Of a stretch of DNA of 64,000 nucleotides, positions 38,242 through 48,479 are shown piece after piece. Source of the DNA: a virus (taxonomy: Duplodnaviria; Caudoviricetes); IMG/VR virus record IMGVR_UViG_3300017791_000021, positions 47,016 to 111,015 of that record; one strand, given 5' to 3'. Position 1 is the first letter of the stretch. Each line of letters starts with the position of its first letter. The notes below the pieces were generated by a model. It was not told the origin of the DNA. It did not search any database and worked only from the letters and a program-made list of their open reading frames with translations. The translations under genes were made by a program, and so were the position numbers.

Positions 38242-40443
38242 TTATGCAATGCGTTCCAAAGTCAAAGTTGACTGAGGCTGAATAGTTACAGAAGCAGATA
38301 GCGAAGACGCGAATGTAAAAGTAAGAGTTCCCGCAGTACCTGTTGTAGTTAGGGTACCAAACAAGTTGACCATCTTGTTACCAGTAGGCCATACGGGAGA
38401 AACACCAGTAAGGGTAGTAACCACGTCTCCGCCTGTTGTGGTGTCATTCCATACGAATGTCGTACCGGCCGGGCCTGTCCAAGATGTGGTAACGGTAGAT
38501 GTGCTGGCAGTAGTCCAGTAAACCCATGCCTGTACGAGATAAGTGGCATTAGCCTCTACAGCTAGAGTCAGAGAAGTTGAGGCTGTCTGAGCAGTACCTA
38601 CAGATGTCTGTGTACCAGTCTGTACGGCTGTCGTCTTTACGAGGCCACGAACCTTGCCCGCAGTATCACGAAGCTTTACAGGAGCGCCTGTAGCTGACGC
38701 ATAGATAACTGCACCACCTGTTGGATTGGTTGTAGGAACAGTTGTAGCATTTGCAAGCTGGATTTCTCCTACACCGTTATCACCCAAAGCTGTGGCAGAA
38801 CCAATCAGCATATTCTTATCTGTATAAAGAATACCTGAAGCAGCTCTACCCATTGTGGTATCTCTTGCCGCAGTTCCCGGACCGATGTTATAGGTACCGT
38901 TACCTAGAATTCTCAGACGGTCATTGGCATCATTACCGCTGACATTTACAGCAAGAGCGGTATTGCCCGATGCGGATGGCTGAGATTCAATTGGACGAGT
39001 TCCATTGTTCGCTGTGATGGTAGTGAGGAAGTCATACTTACCACTGGAACTTTCAATGGCTACAGATGGTATAGCAGTAAACCAGTTGGCAGATGTAGAT
39101 CCAGTTCCTTGGAAGTCCGCATCAATTACTCGTACGTTCTGGTTAAGCGTTACGTTAATCGTATTCTGTACACCAGCCACACCGATAGATGTAATTGCTG
39201 TACCAAATCGGCAATAGGTGATATACCCTGTAGCTGTACCAGACCAGTTGATATCGTAGTTAGTTCCTGTGGCTCCTGCACCATTAAGTGAGAAGAGACA
39301 CTGGTTCAGATGAATACCAAATCCTGTACTGGTTACGGAAACACCATGAGTGTTGTTATTCAGAATGCGCATGTTGTTAACGCGAATCTGATTAGCGCCC
39401 CCAGAGATCAGAAGACCGATGTTTCCTTGCTGGATAACCCCACCAGCAATTTGAGTGTTCTGAGGAGAACCATTAGGTCCATCCTCAATAACTACGTTGG
39501 TGCCTGTCTGAGGACCTAGCGCGTCAAGGTTCTGTACGAAGGTAGCGGCACAGTTTCCCTTCACTCTGAAGGCTGCTCCTGTACCTCCTAGAGTTGCTTG
39601 CATCCAAGCGATACAGTTCTGAACCAAAACATCCCAAGAGTCTTCGATGTGGATACAGTCAAGATTGGCACTTCCGCCAGAGGCTACACCCATGAATCGA
39701 GTAAACACATTAGAGAGCATGAAGTTAGCAGCAGTGTTAGTACTATCAGAGATAATATAAATACCACCAGCAGAACTTTGCATCTTCACGTTATGAACCA
39801 TTCCACCATGAAGTGTCTGGCTCGCTGTACCAATAGCACGTACACAGTAACCATTAATTCGTGTAAAGGTAGTATTTGATATGCGGAAGTTCTGAGCACC
39901 TGTAACAGTTACTGCGTGAGCAACGGGGTTACTTGTTGTAGAAGACTGGTTAGCTCCGTCAATACTGATATCGCGCACAGCACAGTCATTGGCTGTGAAG
40001 CTGAGCAAACTTGTACCTGTAAAGCTTCCACCGATTACAAGTGAACTAGCCTCAGCACCAGCACCCATGATCATTACAGCAGCAGTACTAATCGTAAAAC
40101 CAGTACCGCTATTAATCAAGTAATCACCAGGTGGGAAGAATACAATTCCACCTGTAGGAGTAGCGGCACTAATAGCATTCTGAACGGCAGTAGCATCATT
40201 GGCTACTCCGTTACCTACAGCGCCATAGTCCTTTACATTGAACTGGTTAACGCCTTGAGCAGCACCCGCAGTTATACCTAGATTACTTCTGGCCTGTACT
40301 ACACTCGTAAGATCAGAAAGGTTGCTAGCACGTTGTAGAGCGTTGCCGTTATTTGAAGTGATTGCGTTGTCCAACTGAGACAAGGCAGAGTTAAGCGGCA
40401 CGTCCCAGTTAGGGGTGCCCTTAGGAATTGGTGTGTATGTCAT
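38242..40443 (-). CDS. Fibre/spike with pectate-lyase-like beta-helix (putative depolymerase)
   Basis: FNVKDYGAVGNG..DATAVQ.AI, VFFPPGDY, Asn/Gly-rich beta-helix. Confidence 0.85.
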   Translation of the reverse strand: MTYTPIPKGTPNWDVPLNSALSQLDNAITSNNGNALQRASNLSDLTSVVQARSNLGITAGAAQGVNQFNVKDYGAVGNGVANDATAVQNAISAATPTGGIVFFPPGDYLINSGTGFTISTAAVMIMGAGAEASSLVIGGSFTGTSLLSFTANDCAVRDISIDGANQSSTTSNPVAHAVTVTGAQNFRISNTTFTRINGYCVRAIGTASQTLHGGMVHNVKMQSSAGGIYIISDSTNTAANFMLSNVFTRFMGVASGGSANLDCIHIEDSWDVLVQNCIAWMQATLGGTGAAFRVKGNCAATFVQNLDALGPQTGTNVVIEDGPNGSPQNTQIAGGVIQQGNIGLLISGGANQIRVNNMRILNNNTHGVSVTSTGFGIHLNQCLFSLNGAGATGTNYDINWSGTATGYITYCRFGTAITSIGVAGVQNTINVTLNQNVRVIDADFQGTGSTSANWFTAIPSVAIESSSGKYDFLTTITANNGTRPIESQPSASGNTALAVNVSGNDANDRLRILGNGTYNIGPGTAARDTTMGRAASGILYTDKNMLIGSATALGDNGVGEIQLANATTVPTTNPTGGAVIYASATGAPVKLRDTAGKVRGLVKTTAVQTGTQTSVGTAQTASTSLTLAVEANATYLVQAWVYWTTASTSTVTTSWTGPAGTTFVWNDTTTGGDVVTTLTGVSPVWPTGNKMVNLFGTLTTTGTAGTLTFTFASSLSASVTIQPQSTLTLERIA

Positions 40444-40458
40444 TTAGTGTTCCTAATC

Positions 40459-41457
40459 CTATATCCACATTGCGCTGAAGTTAATGGACGAACCGCTTGC
40501 AATCGTAGCGGTAGGTGCCAATGTCTTAAGAGTAACCTGTCCGTTAGTAGCAATAGTGGCAGTACCTCCCGCAACACCTGACTTATCGAACGCCACTGTG
40601 ATAGTGACTGGGGGAGCAGGAGATAAAGTAGCGCATAGAGTGTCACCAATATTACCTGCGGAATCCGCAGTAATGGTAGTTCCCGTGTAGTTGAGGACGA
40701 TCGAATACAGAACACTTCCGCAGGTCTGGCGTACTGATGACGTGTTCAAAGTAAAGTTGGTGGCAGGCGTAACCGTTCCAGTAGTTGTTACGCCCGCTGA
40801 GAAACTATTGTCTGTTCTTAAAACACCGACACCATTACGATATAGAGTTGTGTCTACAGTATTAGTTCCGTCACCCCAGGATACATTTCCTGTTCCTGCG
40901 ATTAGTAGTCGAGAGTTTGCATCACCGGTTGTACGAACACTGAGTGCATTATCAGTAGTTTGGTTAACAAATAGTCTAGCGGCAACACCACCATTCGTAG
41001 TAGCAAATGATACGACTGTTGGTGAAGGTGTGCCCGCATTAGAAAAGATTGTGGCACCTGTGAAAGTCTTATTACCCGCAACGCTTTGTGTGGTTGTACG
41101 ATCCACGAAAGAAGGCGGAATCTGGAGCCACACGGCTGCACCAGTTGCCACGCTGGTAGCCACAAACATGGAATTAGTGGTTGTGTTGAACCAAGTGGAA
41201 CCAATTGAATAGCCCTGAGTATTATCACTAGTTACTGCGGGATCTGATGTAGCTGTCATATTAGAAAATGCATTAGCCAAACCAGTCAGACCTAGATTAC
41301 TTCTGGCCTGTGCAGTATTTGTAAGGTCAGACAGATTGTTTGCAGCCTGAAGTGCTGCACCGGCAGAAGATGTGATGTTTGAATCTAATTGGGCTAGTGC
41401 CGCATTAAGCGGAACGTCCCAATTCTGTGTCCCCCTTGGAATGGGATTGTAAGTCAT
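40459..41457 (-). CDS. Fibre protein sharing its N-terminal anchor with 38242-40443
   Basis: MTYNPIPRG..NWDVPLN, NNLSDL...ARSNLG, GYSIGSTWFN. Confidence 0.8.
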   Translation of the reverse strand: MTYNPIPRGTQNWDVPLNAALAQLDSNITSSAGAALQAANNLSDLTNTAQARSNLGLTGLANAFSNMTATSDPAVTSDNTQGYSIGSTWFNTTTNSMFVATSVATGAAVWLQIPPSFVDRTTTQSVAGNKTFTGATIFSNAGTPSPTVVSFATTNGGVAARLFVNQTTDNALSVRTTGDANSRLLIAGTGNVSWGDGTNTVDTTLYRNGVGVLRTDNSFSAGVTTTGTVTPATNFTLNTSSVRQTCGSVLYSIVLNYTGTTITADSAGNIGDTLCATLSPAPPVTITVAFDKSGVAGGTATIATNGQVTLKTLAPTATIASGSSINFSAMWI

Positions 41458-41471
41458 ATGAGTTCTCCGTA

Positions 41472-41684
41472 TTAAGCCGTAGTGTTATTGGTGATCATAC
41501 CAAGAGATGCCAGCGCGGTAAGCAGACTAGCTAACGCTGCATTCCCTCCGCGAGATCCCGTTACACTTGGTGGGCTTACTGGCGTTGTAAACTTCAAAGC
41601 AATTTCGCTGTCTAAGTCTATTAGCGCCTGATTAAGAGTTACATCCCAATCGGGCTGTCCCTTAACTGGAATAGTAAGAGCCAT
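41472..41684 (-). CDS. Short virion protein with the same N-terminal anchor
   Basis: IPVKGQPDWDVTLN.AL; VTGSRGGNAALASLLTALASLG. Confidence 0.75.
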   Translation of the reverse strand: MALTIPVKGQPDWDVTLNQALIDLDSEIALKFTTPVSPPSVTGSRGGNAALASLLTALASLGMITNNTTA

Positions 41685-41687
41685 GAT

Positions 41688-42431
41688 TTATCCTCCGTAA
41701 GGTCCTTCTCCGTATAGTCCGTCCCCGTATCCACCTGGTGATGCAGGAATTATGTAAGCTGGTGAGCGCAATGTTGGTGTTACCTGGTTAACCATCTTAG
41801 TAAGATTGCTGGTTCCAGTATCAACCTTGTAGTCCAGAGGAAATACGCTGTGACCATTGTTGTATGGATCGTACGCAGCGTCATTCAGGCTCAATCTCTG
41901 GGAGAACTGAAGATCATTCGGTGTGGCGTACTGCGCAAACTGTACGTCATTTACCATCTCGTCAGGCTTTACTTGAGTAGCATCAATGGCAACGATAATG
42001 TCTCGTTGCTGAATCTGTCCAAGAATCTGCACGCTAGTTACGCGGAATACCTTAGTGTCATAGACGAATCTATCCTTCAGGTAGTTCTGCGTATTCAAAT
42101 CCATTTTGTCCAGCCCAGTTCTCTTTAGCTGGTCGAATGAAAGTGTGATGTGTGCTCTGTCATTGTAGTAGAACCCATCCTCAGTATTGTCGTTCTCTCC
42201 CTCAATATGGATCACGTGCAATGCTGGAATTAGATTGGGACCGAAGTACACGCGACCCAACGGGCCTGTGGCTTCTCCGTATACGGGATCAACACTTGAC
42301 TGGTCATAGGCAAAGCGATAGTAGTAAACCTCATCGCCTGTCCATCTCTGCCAATCACGAAGACCCCTATAGATTTCGGATGTCTCGAAATCAACGGAGA
42401 ATCGGCCGCCTTTCCACCCTATTCTTCCCAT
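41688..42431 (-). CDS. Head-tail joining (head closure/stopper) protein
   Basis: Position between connector and neck; DPVYGE, DRFVYD..VFRV. Confidence 0.6.
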   Translation of the reverse strand: MGRIGWKGGRFSVDFETSEIYRGLRDWQRWTGDEVYYYRFAYDQSSVDPVYGEATGPLGRVYFGPNLIPALHVIHIEGENDNTEDGFYYNDRAHITLSFDQLKRTGLDKMDLNTQNYLKDRFVYDTKVFRVTSVQILGQIQQRDIIVAIDATQVKPDEMVNDVQFAQYATPNDLQFSQRLSLNDAAYDPYNNGHSVFPLDYKVDTGTSNLTKMVNQVTPTLRSPAYIIPASPGGYGDGLYGEGPYGG

Positions 42432-42462
42432 TCGAATACATCCTTGTCTATAAGGGTCTTCA

Positions 42463-42960
42463 TTAGTTTATAGTCCCCACATACCACTCATCCATATCTT
42501 CACCGCGTTGTATCGCTGAGTGAATTCTGTGGCAGTTGGCGCAAATGATTCGACACTTAGCTACTTCAGCTAGTATCTTTTCCTCAGAGTATAACTCTCT
42601 AGTTGCGTCACCACAGATATTGAAATCCTTTTCTGTGGGGTCAAGGTGATCAAAGTCCATACAGGTTGGTGGGAAGATTCCACCACACATCTCGCAGGGG
42701 TGATTCACCTTTAACGAACGAATAAAATCGCGTATCTCTCTGCGTCTATTATTCCGTATCTCGTTTAGTTTGTCTTTGTTGTCACGTTGCCACTTAGCTG
42801 TAACAGGTTCCAACCCCTGTGCCTTGCGTTCATCGTACTTCTCTTTGCGAGAACTCTTAATGCATTCACGGCACTGGGGGTTGTAACCATTTGGGCTTCG
42901 TGACTTCTTATTGAATTCGGATAGGGCCTTGTGCTCTTTGCACTTAGTACATGTTTTCAT
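42463..42960 (-). CDS. Free-standing HNH endonuclease
   Basis: KTCTKC..K.LSEF, CREC, CEMCG, DFDHLD, KC.IICANCHRIH. Confidence 0.88.
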   Translation of the reverse strand: MKTCTKCKEHKALSEFNKKSRSPNGYNPQCRECIKSSRKEKYDERKAQGLEPVTAKWQRDNKDKLNEIRNNRRREIRDFIRSLKVNHPCEMCGGIFPPTCMDFDHLDPTEKDFNICGDATRELYSEEKILAEVAKCRIICANCHRIHSAIQRGEDMDEWYVGTIN

Positions 42961-42966
42961 ATACTA

Positions 42967-42975
42967 AGTATAGCA
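42967..42975 (-). promoter_or_regulatory. Extended -10 promoter for a probably leaderless HNH mRNA
   Basis: TGC-TATACT ends 6 nt before the ATG; no SD. Confidence 0.5.
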
Positions 42976-42998
42976 CCCACATTCCATAGGGTGTGGAA

Positions 42999-43823
42999 TT
43001 AGAGACCCCACATCCCTCCAAAAATCGGACTCTGTAGATTGCTCTCGTCCTCATCTCTGTGATCAATAGGTGGCAACTGACGACGTGGTAGATCGTAATC
43101 GTCGTACTCTCTGTCTTCAAAGATCGGTACCAGACGTTGTGTAGTCTTGGATACTCTTCTGATCTTAGACATTTCAATGGCATTAAGACCGACGTTAAGC
43201 ATCGCACATAGCTGCTGATACCTTGCGGTCATTCCATCGATCTGTTCGCGTAGCTGTTGGTATCGCTGGCTACGAGGGACTGTAGTCCCGTCAGCGCTCG
43301 AAATATCGATGTCGGTACTTGCATCAGTAGCAAGCGCCCAAAGGGCGTCTATGGTGGCTCTGAGGGCCACTAAGGTACCTTCTATGTCTGGGAGGTTAGA
43401 CAGATCCATCGGCACAGTTACATACTTGATGAAACCGTTGGAGTCTTTGAATCTAGTCTTCACTGTTCTGCCATTGACGTGCTGAAGAACCGCATCGTTA
43501 ATGAAGTCAGTTAGCTCATCATCCGAGAACATTCCACCAGCATAACCAGATACTACTAGAGTATCACCTTGCGGCAATGGTGCTGGTGCTCCAGTCAGAA
43601 AGATTCTACCTTCCTGATAGTTCATTGCGTAGTCTGTTCCCTTTACCAATACAACTGGGGACTGGTTTCTAATCCAGGTCACGGTCTCATTCCAGATGTT
43701 GAAGTCTGTGAGATCGTACGTAGAGACCATTCCAGTCCCCAGAAACGTATCAGAAAAAGGTGCTCCTGTATCTCCCAACTCTATACGGACTCTGTTAATG
43801 ATGTCCTGAGTAGTAAATGGCAT
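42999..43823 (-). CDS. Head-tail connector (adaptor) protein
   Basis: INRVRIELGD, FSDDEL..FI, DG..VPRSQRY; downstream of capsid genes. Confidence 0.7.
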   Translation of the reverse strand: MPFTTQDIINRVRIELGDTGAPFSDTFLGTGMVSTYDLTDFNIWNETVTWIRNQSPVVLVKGTDYAMNYQEGRIFLTGAPAPLPQGDTLVVSGYAGGMFSDDELTDFINDAVLQHVNGRTVKTRFKDSNGFIKYVTVPMDLSNLPDIEGTLVALRATIDALWALATDASTDIDISSADGTTVPRSQRYQQLREQIDGMTARYQQLCAMLNVGLNAIEMSKIRRVSKTTQRLVPIFEDREYDDYDLPRRQLPPIDHRDEDESNLQSPIFGGMWGL

Positions 43824-43829
43824 GGAGAC

Positions 43830-44282
43830 CTACTGTTGTGTGAAGGTTAGATTTGCAATCGGGATAGTGATGGATTGGTTTTGTGGAGCTGTAATTGGAG
43901 TATCCCACTCCCATACACAGATTACTTCTCCGGAAGTACCGGATGCCACGTTAACAAGTGCGCCAAAGGTTGTAGGTGTTCCTGAACCTGAGGCAGAAGT
44001 GAACGGACCGAAGGTAATCAGGTTGCTGTTCTGAATCTGACTTGTTCCCTGAGTAGGAGAAGTAGCGGCTGTGAAAGTGGCAATCTGTCGAGTGTAACCT
44101 GTTGCTGCCAATTCAGTCAGCTCTGATAGCTGCGGATCTGTTGGAATAGCAGATGTTGTGCTTGGGTCAACCGTAAGCAATGCAACATAAGCTGTTGATG
44201 GTGGAGCCCATCCACCTAGAGACGTGCCAGTTATCCAGTTTAGAATCGCACGGTCTGTTGTATCAGTTAGATTACCTGACAT
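43830..44282 (-). CDS. Virion structural protein
   Basis: YVALLT.DP, GYTRQ, N...ITF pattern common in phage structural proteins. Confidence 0.7.
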   Translation of the reverse strand: MSGNLTDTTDRAILNWITGTSLGGWAPPSTAYVALLTVDPSTTSAIPTDPQLSELTELAATGYTRQIATFTAATSPTQGTSQIQNSNLITFGPFTSASGSGTPTTFGALVNVASGTSGEVICVWEWDTPITAPQNQSITIPIANLTFTQQ

Positions 44283-44296
44283 AGTTTATTTCTCCC

Positions 44297-44671
44297 TTAA
44301 CGGTATCCGCCCTCCCAAAGGAGGCCCTTGCTTGATAGGTGTCGCGCCAATTCTACAGGAACAACATACTTACGTCCCTCTTCAAAGTTGTAGTGCTTTC
44401 CGGCACCAAAGGTAACCTGCTCAAGAGTAGTGATAGGGATGATGGTCTTTGTTGGTTCCTCTAGTGCGATCTCGTCACTTACATCTAGGGCATCAACAAC
44501 AGAAGTAATCGGACCGTTGGAATAGTCAACAGGAATATCGTTGATCTCATTCTCAACTTCCGCCATCATAGAAATCTCTTGAGCGCGTCTCTTTAGCTCA
44601 GCCTGGTTTTCCTTTTGAAGACGCTCAGTTTCAATACCGGTAAGATCTCCGGCACGCTTACGTGGTGGCAT
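44297..44671 (-). CDS. Hypothetical protein, head region
   Basis: GGAG RBS; follows major capsid. Confidence 0.7.
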   Translation of the reverse strand: MPPRKRAGDLTGIETERLQKENQAELKRRAQEISMMAEVENEINDIPVDYSNGPITSVVDALDVSDEIALEEPTKTIIPITTLEQVTFGAGKHYNFEEGRKYVVPVELARHLSSKGLLWEGGYR

Positions 44672-44716
44672 TCTATTCTCCAGATTTAGTGTCTCGTGTG
44701 TTAGTTAGATTATATA

Positions 44717-44753
44717 AGAAAACCCCTCCCCAGCTTGGGGACTGAGGAGGGGT
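44717..44753 (-). terminator. Intrinsic terminator after major capsid gene
   Basis: ACCCCTCC / GGAGGGGT stem followed by TTTCTT. Confidence 0.7.
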
Positions 44754-44781
44754 CCTGTCCTAAACGGACATACAGAGCATA

Positions 44782-45819
44782 TTAGTTGGTAGAGGCGATA
44801 ACTACTGAAATGTCAGTAATTAGGCCAAGTCCCCAAATAGCGTACCACGCTAGGGCGTGCTCTCTACCGAAGTCAAGAATACCGCCGTCGCGCAATTCAA
44901 CAGGAAGTGAAATAGCGTGACCGAATGCGTTGTCTCCAATGAAGATGGAGTCATAACGGTTAGCTGCACCATTACCAGTTGTTACACCGTTTGTGGTTGT
45001 GTCAGTAGTCCAACCAGTTCCAGCTCCACCTACAACGTTACGAACCTGAGTTGTCTCGATAAATACGACATCGTTCAAACGTCCGATTTCTCCTAGCATA
45101 AAGTTACCAGGAGCTGCATACTTAGTCATCTCGATGAACTGAGGATCGTTACGTAGCCAACGGCTCTGGTGAGGGTGGACAAAACAGACATATGTCTCAC
45201 CTAGACGGGGTACGTTCTTTGTTGCTAGAGTCTCTACCGCGTCGTAAACAACCTGTGAGGTTAGGTTGAAGTCACCAGTCATGGAAGCATTGCTGGTTCC
45301 AGGAGTACCGATGTTGTAGAAGACCTGGTTGTTGAGTGCGCCAGTGTCCTTCTGGTATCCGAAGATCTGTGAAGAAGCCTGTAGCAGGGTGTTACGGGCA
45401 CTTACGTCAAGGTAAGTAGCCATGTTACGGCCTAGAAGACGTGAGGCAGATGCCATTACGTCATCGAAGGATGCGTTAAGTAGCAGCTCAGAAACAGCTA
45501 CAGCGAATCCCTGCTCAGCAACTGTGATGCTGAACTGAGAAGCTGTAAGTGGAGCAGTCTGCATACGGATACCTTCAACAAGCTGAGAAGCATTGCCTAG
45601 GTTGTTGTAACGCATAAAGTTAATGGTAAGACCTGGAGTAACGCCAAGCTCTGTCTTCTTTACGGCAAATTGCTCGAATCTCAAAATCGGCATTGCCTGG
45701 AATAGAATTTCCTTGCTCCAAATAGTTTGGATAGCAGGAGATAGAGCAGAGCTACCACCAGGGTAAGCTGTTGGAGCACCGGAGATATTCGGTGTGCCCG
45801 TAATTGCTGAACCAGCCAT
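44782..45819 (-). CDS. Major capsid protein (N4 gp56-like, HK97 fold)
   Basis: FEQFA, G.TINF.RY, LVEG, YVCFVHP, GEIGRL..V.FIET; follows scaffold. Confidence 0.92.
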   Translation of the reverse strand: MAGSAITGTPNISGAPTAYPGGSSALSPAIQTIWSKEILFQAMPILRFEQFAVKKTELGVTPGLTINFMRYNNLGNASQLVEGIRMQTAPLTASQFSITVAEQGFAVAVSELLLNASFDDVMASASRLLGRNMATYLDVSARNTLLQASSQIFGYQKDTGALNNQVFYNIGTPGTSNASMTGDFNLTSQVVYDAVETLATKNVPRLGETYVCFVHPHQSRWLRNDPQFIEMTKYAAPGNFMLGEIGRLNDVVFIETTQVRNVVGGAGTGWTTDTTTNGVTTGNGAANRYDSIFIGDNAFGHAISLPVELRDGGILDFGREHALAWYAIWGLGLITDISVVIASTN

Positions 45820-45876
45820 ATTTAGTCCTTATCGCTTATATGGGTTCGGGCACTAGCCGTACCCAGGGTGTTTTAA

Positions 45877-46692
45877 TTATCCGAAGAGTCCGCGAGATCT
45901 TGCCGCGTCATTTCCGGCTAGTCCCGATTCTTGACGGAACTTAGCGTACTCAGCCATAGACATGTTATTGATGTCCGCTGGTGTGTATGTCTTCTGGCTC
46001 ATAGAACCCTCAAGAGGACCCAGAGCCGTATAACCTGTAGGTGCAACCCCGCGCATCTGTGCAGTCTGCTGCTGACGTGCAGCCGCTACCTCATCGAAAA
46101 TTGACTGAGTAGCTGCCTTTGCCTGTGCTATAGCGTTATCGATCTGCTCACGAGATTCACCAACAATAAAGTTGTGGAACTGTGGAGCGATGTCATCAGC
46201 ATTCGCGTTTAGCTGAGAGTTTCTGTACTCTACAAGTTCATTATATTCTCTTTCCTTGGCAAGTAGTGCGCGCTCCTGCTCTCGCTCCTGCTGGAGCTGT
46301 GTGAAGCGGGACTCCCAAGTATCGTTAGTCTCCTGCAACTTCTTCTCAAGAAGAGCCTTTGCAGACATCTCCTCTTCCTTCTTGGCGTTAGCCGCAGCAT
46401 CCTTTTCACGCTTTGCCTGCTCTACGGCAGCAAGCTCCTGTGCCTTCTGCTCCTCAATCTCCTTAAGAGTCTTTTGGGCCTGCGCCCACTGAGTCTTTAG
46501 GCTATCGATTTCAGAGTACAACTTGTCCTTCTCTTCCTTGCGAGCCTTCGCAATGTCCTCTGCTGAGAATGTTCTCTCACCGGAGGCACCATGTGCAAAA
46601 GCGGCTGGGGAAGGTGCAGGACTCTGAGCACCATTGTCTGGATTTGGAGACTCAATTGTTGTCGCCAAACCTGGTTGTACTGGAGTTGCCAT
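45877..46692 (-). CDS. Capsid scaffolding protein
   Basis: Coiled-coil, EKDKLY, C-terminal MSMAEYAK.R; between portal and capsid. Confidence 0.85.
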   Translation of the reverse strand: MATPVQPGLATTIESPNPDNGAQSPAPSPAAFAHGASGERTFSAEDIAKARKEEKDKLYSEIDSLKTQWAQAQKTLKEIEEQKAQELAAVEQAKREKDAAANAKKEEEMSAKALLEKKLQETNDTWESRFTQLQQEREQERALLAKEREYNELVEYRNSQLNANADDIAPQFHNFIVGESREQIDNAIAQAKAATQSIFDEVAAARQQQTAQMRGVAPTGYTALGPLEGSMSQKTYTPADINNMSMAEYAKFRQESGLAGNDAARSRGLFG

Positions 46693-46766
46693 ATCTATTA
46701 TCTCCTAGAATTTAACTGGATGTTTTCCGAATATGTCCCGAATGAATTTACTTACGTGTATACGAA

Positions 46767-48479
46767 TTAATTGTTGTCGTCGGTAGGTAGTTGACGTGAA
46801 CCCAACTTAGTACCGTATGCGTTGACAACAGTCTCGCGTAGAGCGTTCATAGAGCCTGCTCCATCAAGCTCCTGTAGATCTATCTTGTTGATAGTTCCGG
46901 GGCCGCCAGAAGGCGGTACAGAGTTTCCTAGAGCGTCTTCACCTGGTGGTACTGGCTCTGATGTACCGTCAGGCTGTGGAACCATCCCAGTCAATTCTTG
47001 GATTACAGAATCAATCTGAGTTCTCAACATACGTAGAGCACCATCACGGATGGCATCCTCGTGAAGCTCATCAAAAATTTCTTGTAGCTTCTCATCTGGG
47101 AACTGTTCACCCAGATCCTTAAGGGCACCTCTACGAGATTCGAGATCCATATTCATCATTGCGCCGATTTCATTCAACTTAACCAGGCGATCAACCGGAA
47201 GTGGTGATGGCCAGTCTATATCACTAAAGTAAACCAATGGATCTCTTGGGTCAATCGCAAAAGGCTGACCCTCTTGAATAATTCCCTCTGTCTCAGGATT
47301 GTACAGAGTGGCTTCTGGTTCAAAGATAAATAGAGTCTTTAGTGCAAGCTCATTAATCTTTTGTAGTCCCTTACCATATTGTATCTTCTTTAGTTCGAAC
47401 TTTTGCATTAGTGGTAGGAATTGCATAGCTAGCGCTACACCAGAAGTATTTGAAATAGCCTGGCTCTGACCTAGGGCAGTCTCAGGCACACCTGTCATCT
47501 CGTGCATGGCAACCTTGAGCATGTTCAGTGCATCAAGTGGACCCTCTAGTTCCACACCGTTTTCCAGATTGTGGATATCTACGTCCTTGTTTCCAATAGA
47601 CCATACACGGTTAGTTCCCTTCTCAAGCTGAGAGGGCTTCGCACCAATTACTACAGTAATAGGAGCGGCATGATAATTCACAATGTCAGCAATATCTGTC
47701 GCTGTTTCATTGTACTGACGGTTAAGACTGATCAAGTCCTGTACATCGGACATTCCCCATGGAGATCCGGAAGCAGGGTGGTTAGCAATATGAACGATGG
47801 GGATAACACCTAGAGCATTAGGACGCTCATCAATCAGCTCGTCATTTACGTACTCACGAATAACGTCAGCGCGAATTAACTCAGTGTAAGTATATACGCT
47901 TCTTGTACCTTCTGTGTTTGTTCCCCAGAAACGATACTTAAGCTTGAACTCTAGCAATCTGTCACGGTCGTGTGGATGCCAAGTAGGGAAGCAGTAAGCA
48001 GAGTTCAGTGGAAGGATACGTACTCGTCCTGCATGGTTGTTTCCTGCGTCATCAACCCATGGAGATTCGTAAGCCACCTTAACGAAAGCATCTCCAGAGA
48101 CACCGCCTTGCTGACCCATTTCCCAAGTAACGGCCTTCATGTTGTTGTCCTGCTGCCAAATACGCTTCAGCAATGCAGGAACAATGTGGTCGTATTCCTT
48201 GATGGTGTCAAAGGAGATGCCTCTGGAGAAGCAGAAGCTATTGATATAGTCGGCAAATGCCTTCACATAATTAAAGGTCAACTGGGGATCACCGAATTCA
48301 CGACGAGTTCCCCAGTGGTGACCTAGGTACCATGCCCAATATTCCGCATAGCGGTTGAGACGTGGGCCATGCATTTCAAACTCTTCATCGGAAAGCTCAA
48401 CTAGACCTAGTGGCGAAATAGCAATCGCTAGGTCTGAGGCTGCTGCTCTCATTGATGGAGAGTAAAACGTCATTGACAT
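46767..48479 (-). CDS. Portal protein (SPP1 gp6-like)
   Basis: SGDAFVKV, NALGVIPIVHI.N, GMSD, N.SGVAL. Confidence 0.92.
   Translation of the reverse strand: MSMTFYSPSMRAAASDLAIAISPLGLVELSDEEFEMHGPRLNRYAEYWAWYLGHHWGTRREFGDPQLTFNYVKAFADYINSFCFSRGISFDTIKEYDHIVPALLKRIWQQDNNMKAVTWEMGQQGGVSGDAFVKVAYESPWVDDAGNNHAGRVRILPLNSAYCFPTWHPHDRDRLLEFKLKYRFWGTNTEGTRSVYTYTELIRADVIREYVNDELIDERPNALGVIPIVHIANHPASGSPWGMSDVQDLISLNRQYNETATDIADIVNYHAAPITVVIGAKPSQLEKGTNRVWSIGNKDVDIHNLENGVELEGPLDALNMLKVAMHEMTGVPETALGQSQAISNTSGVALAMQFLPLMQKFELKKIQYGKGLQKINELALKTLFIFEPEATLYNPETEGIIQEGQPFAIDPRDPLVYFSDIDWPSPLPVDRLVKLNEIGAMMNMDLESRRGALKDLGEQFPDEKLQEIFDELHEDAIRDGALRMLRTQIDSVIQELTGMVPQPDGTSEPVPPGEDALGNSVPPSGGPGTINKIDLQELDGAGSMNALRETVVNAYGTKLGSRQLPTDDNN

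Noticed and set aside
38242-41457. DGR or invertase shufflon acting on fibre genes
   Set aside because: No reverse transcriptase or recombinase in the window; the repeat is direct and lies in N-terminal coding sequence
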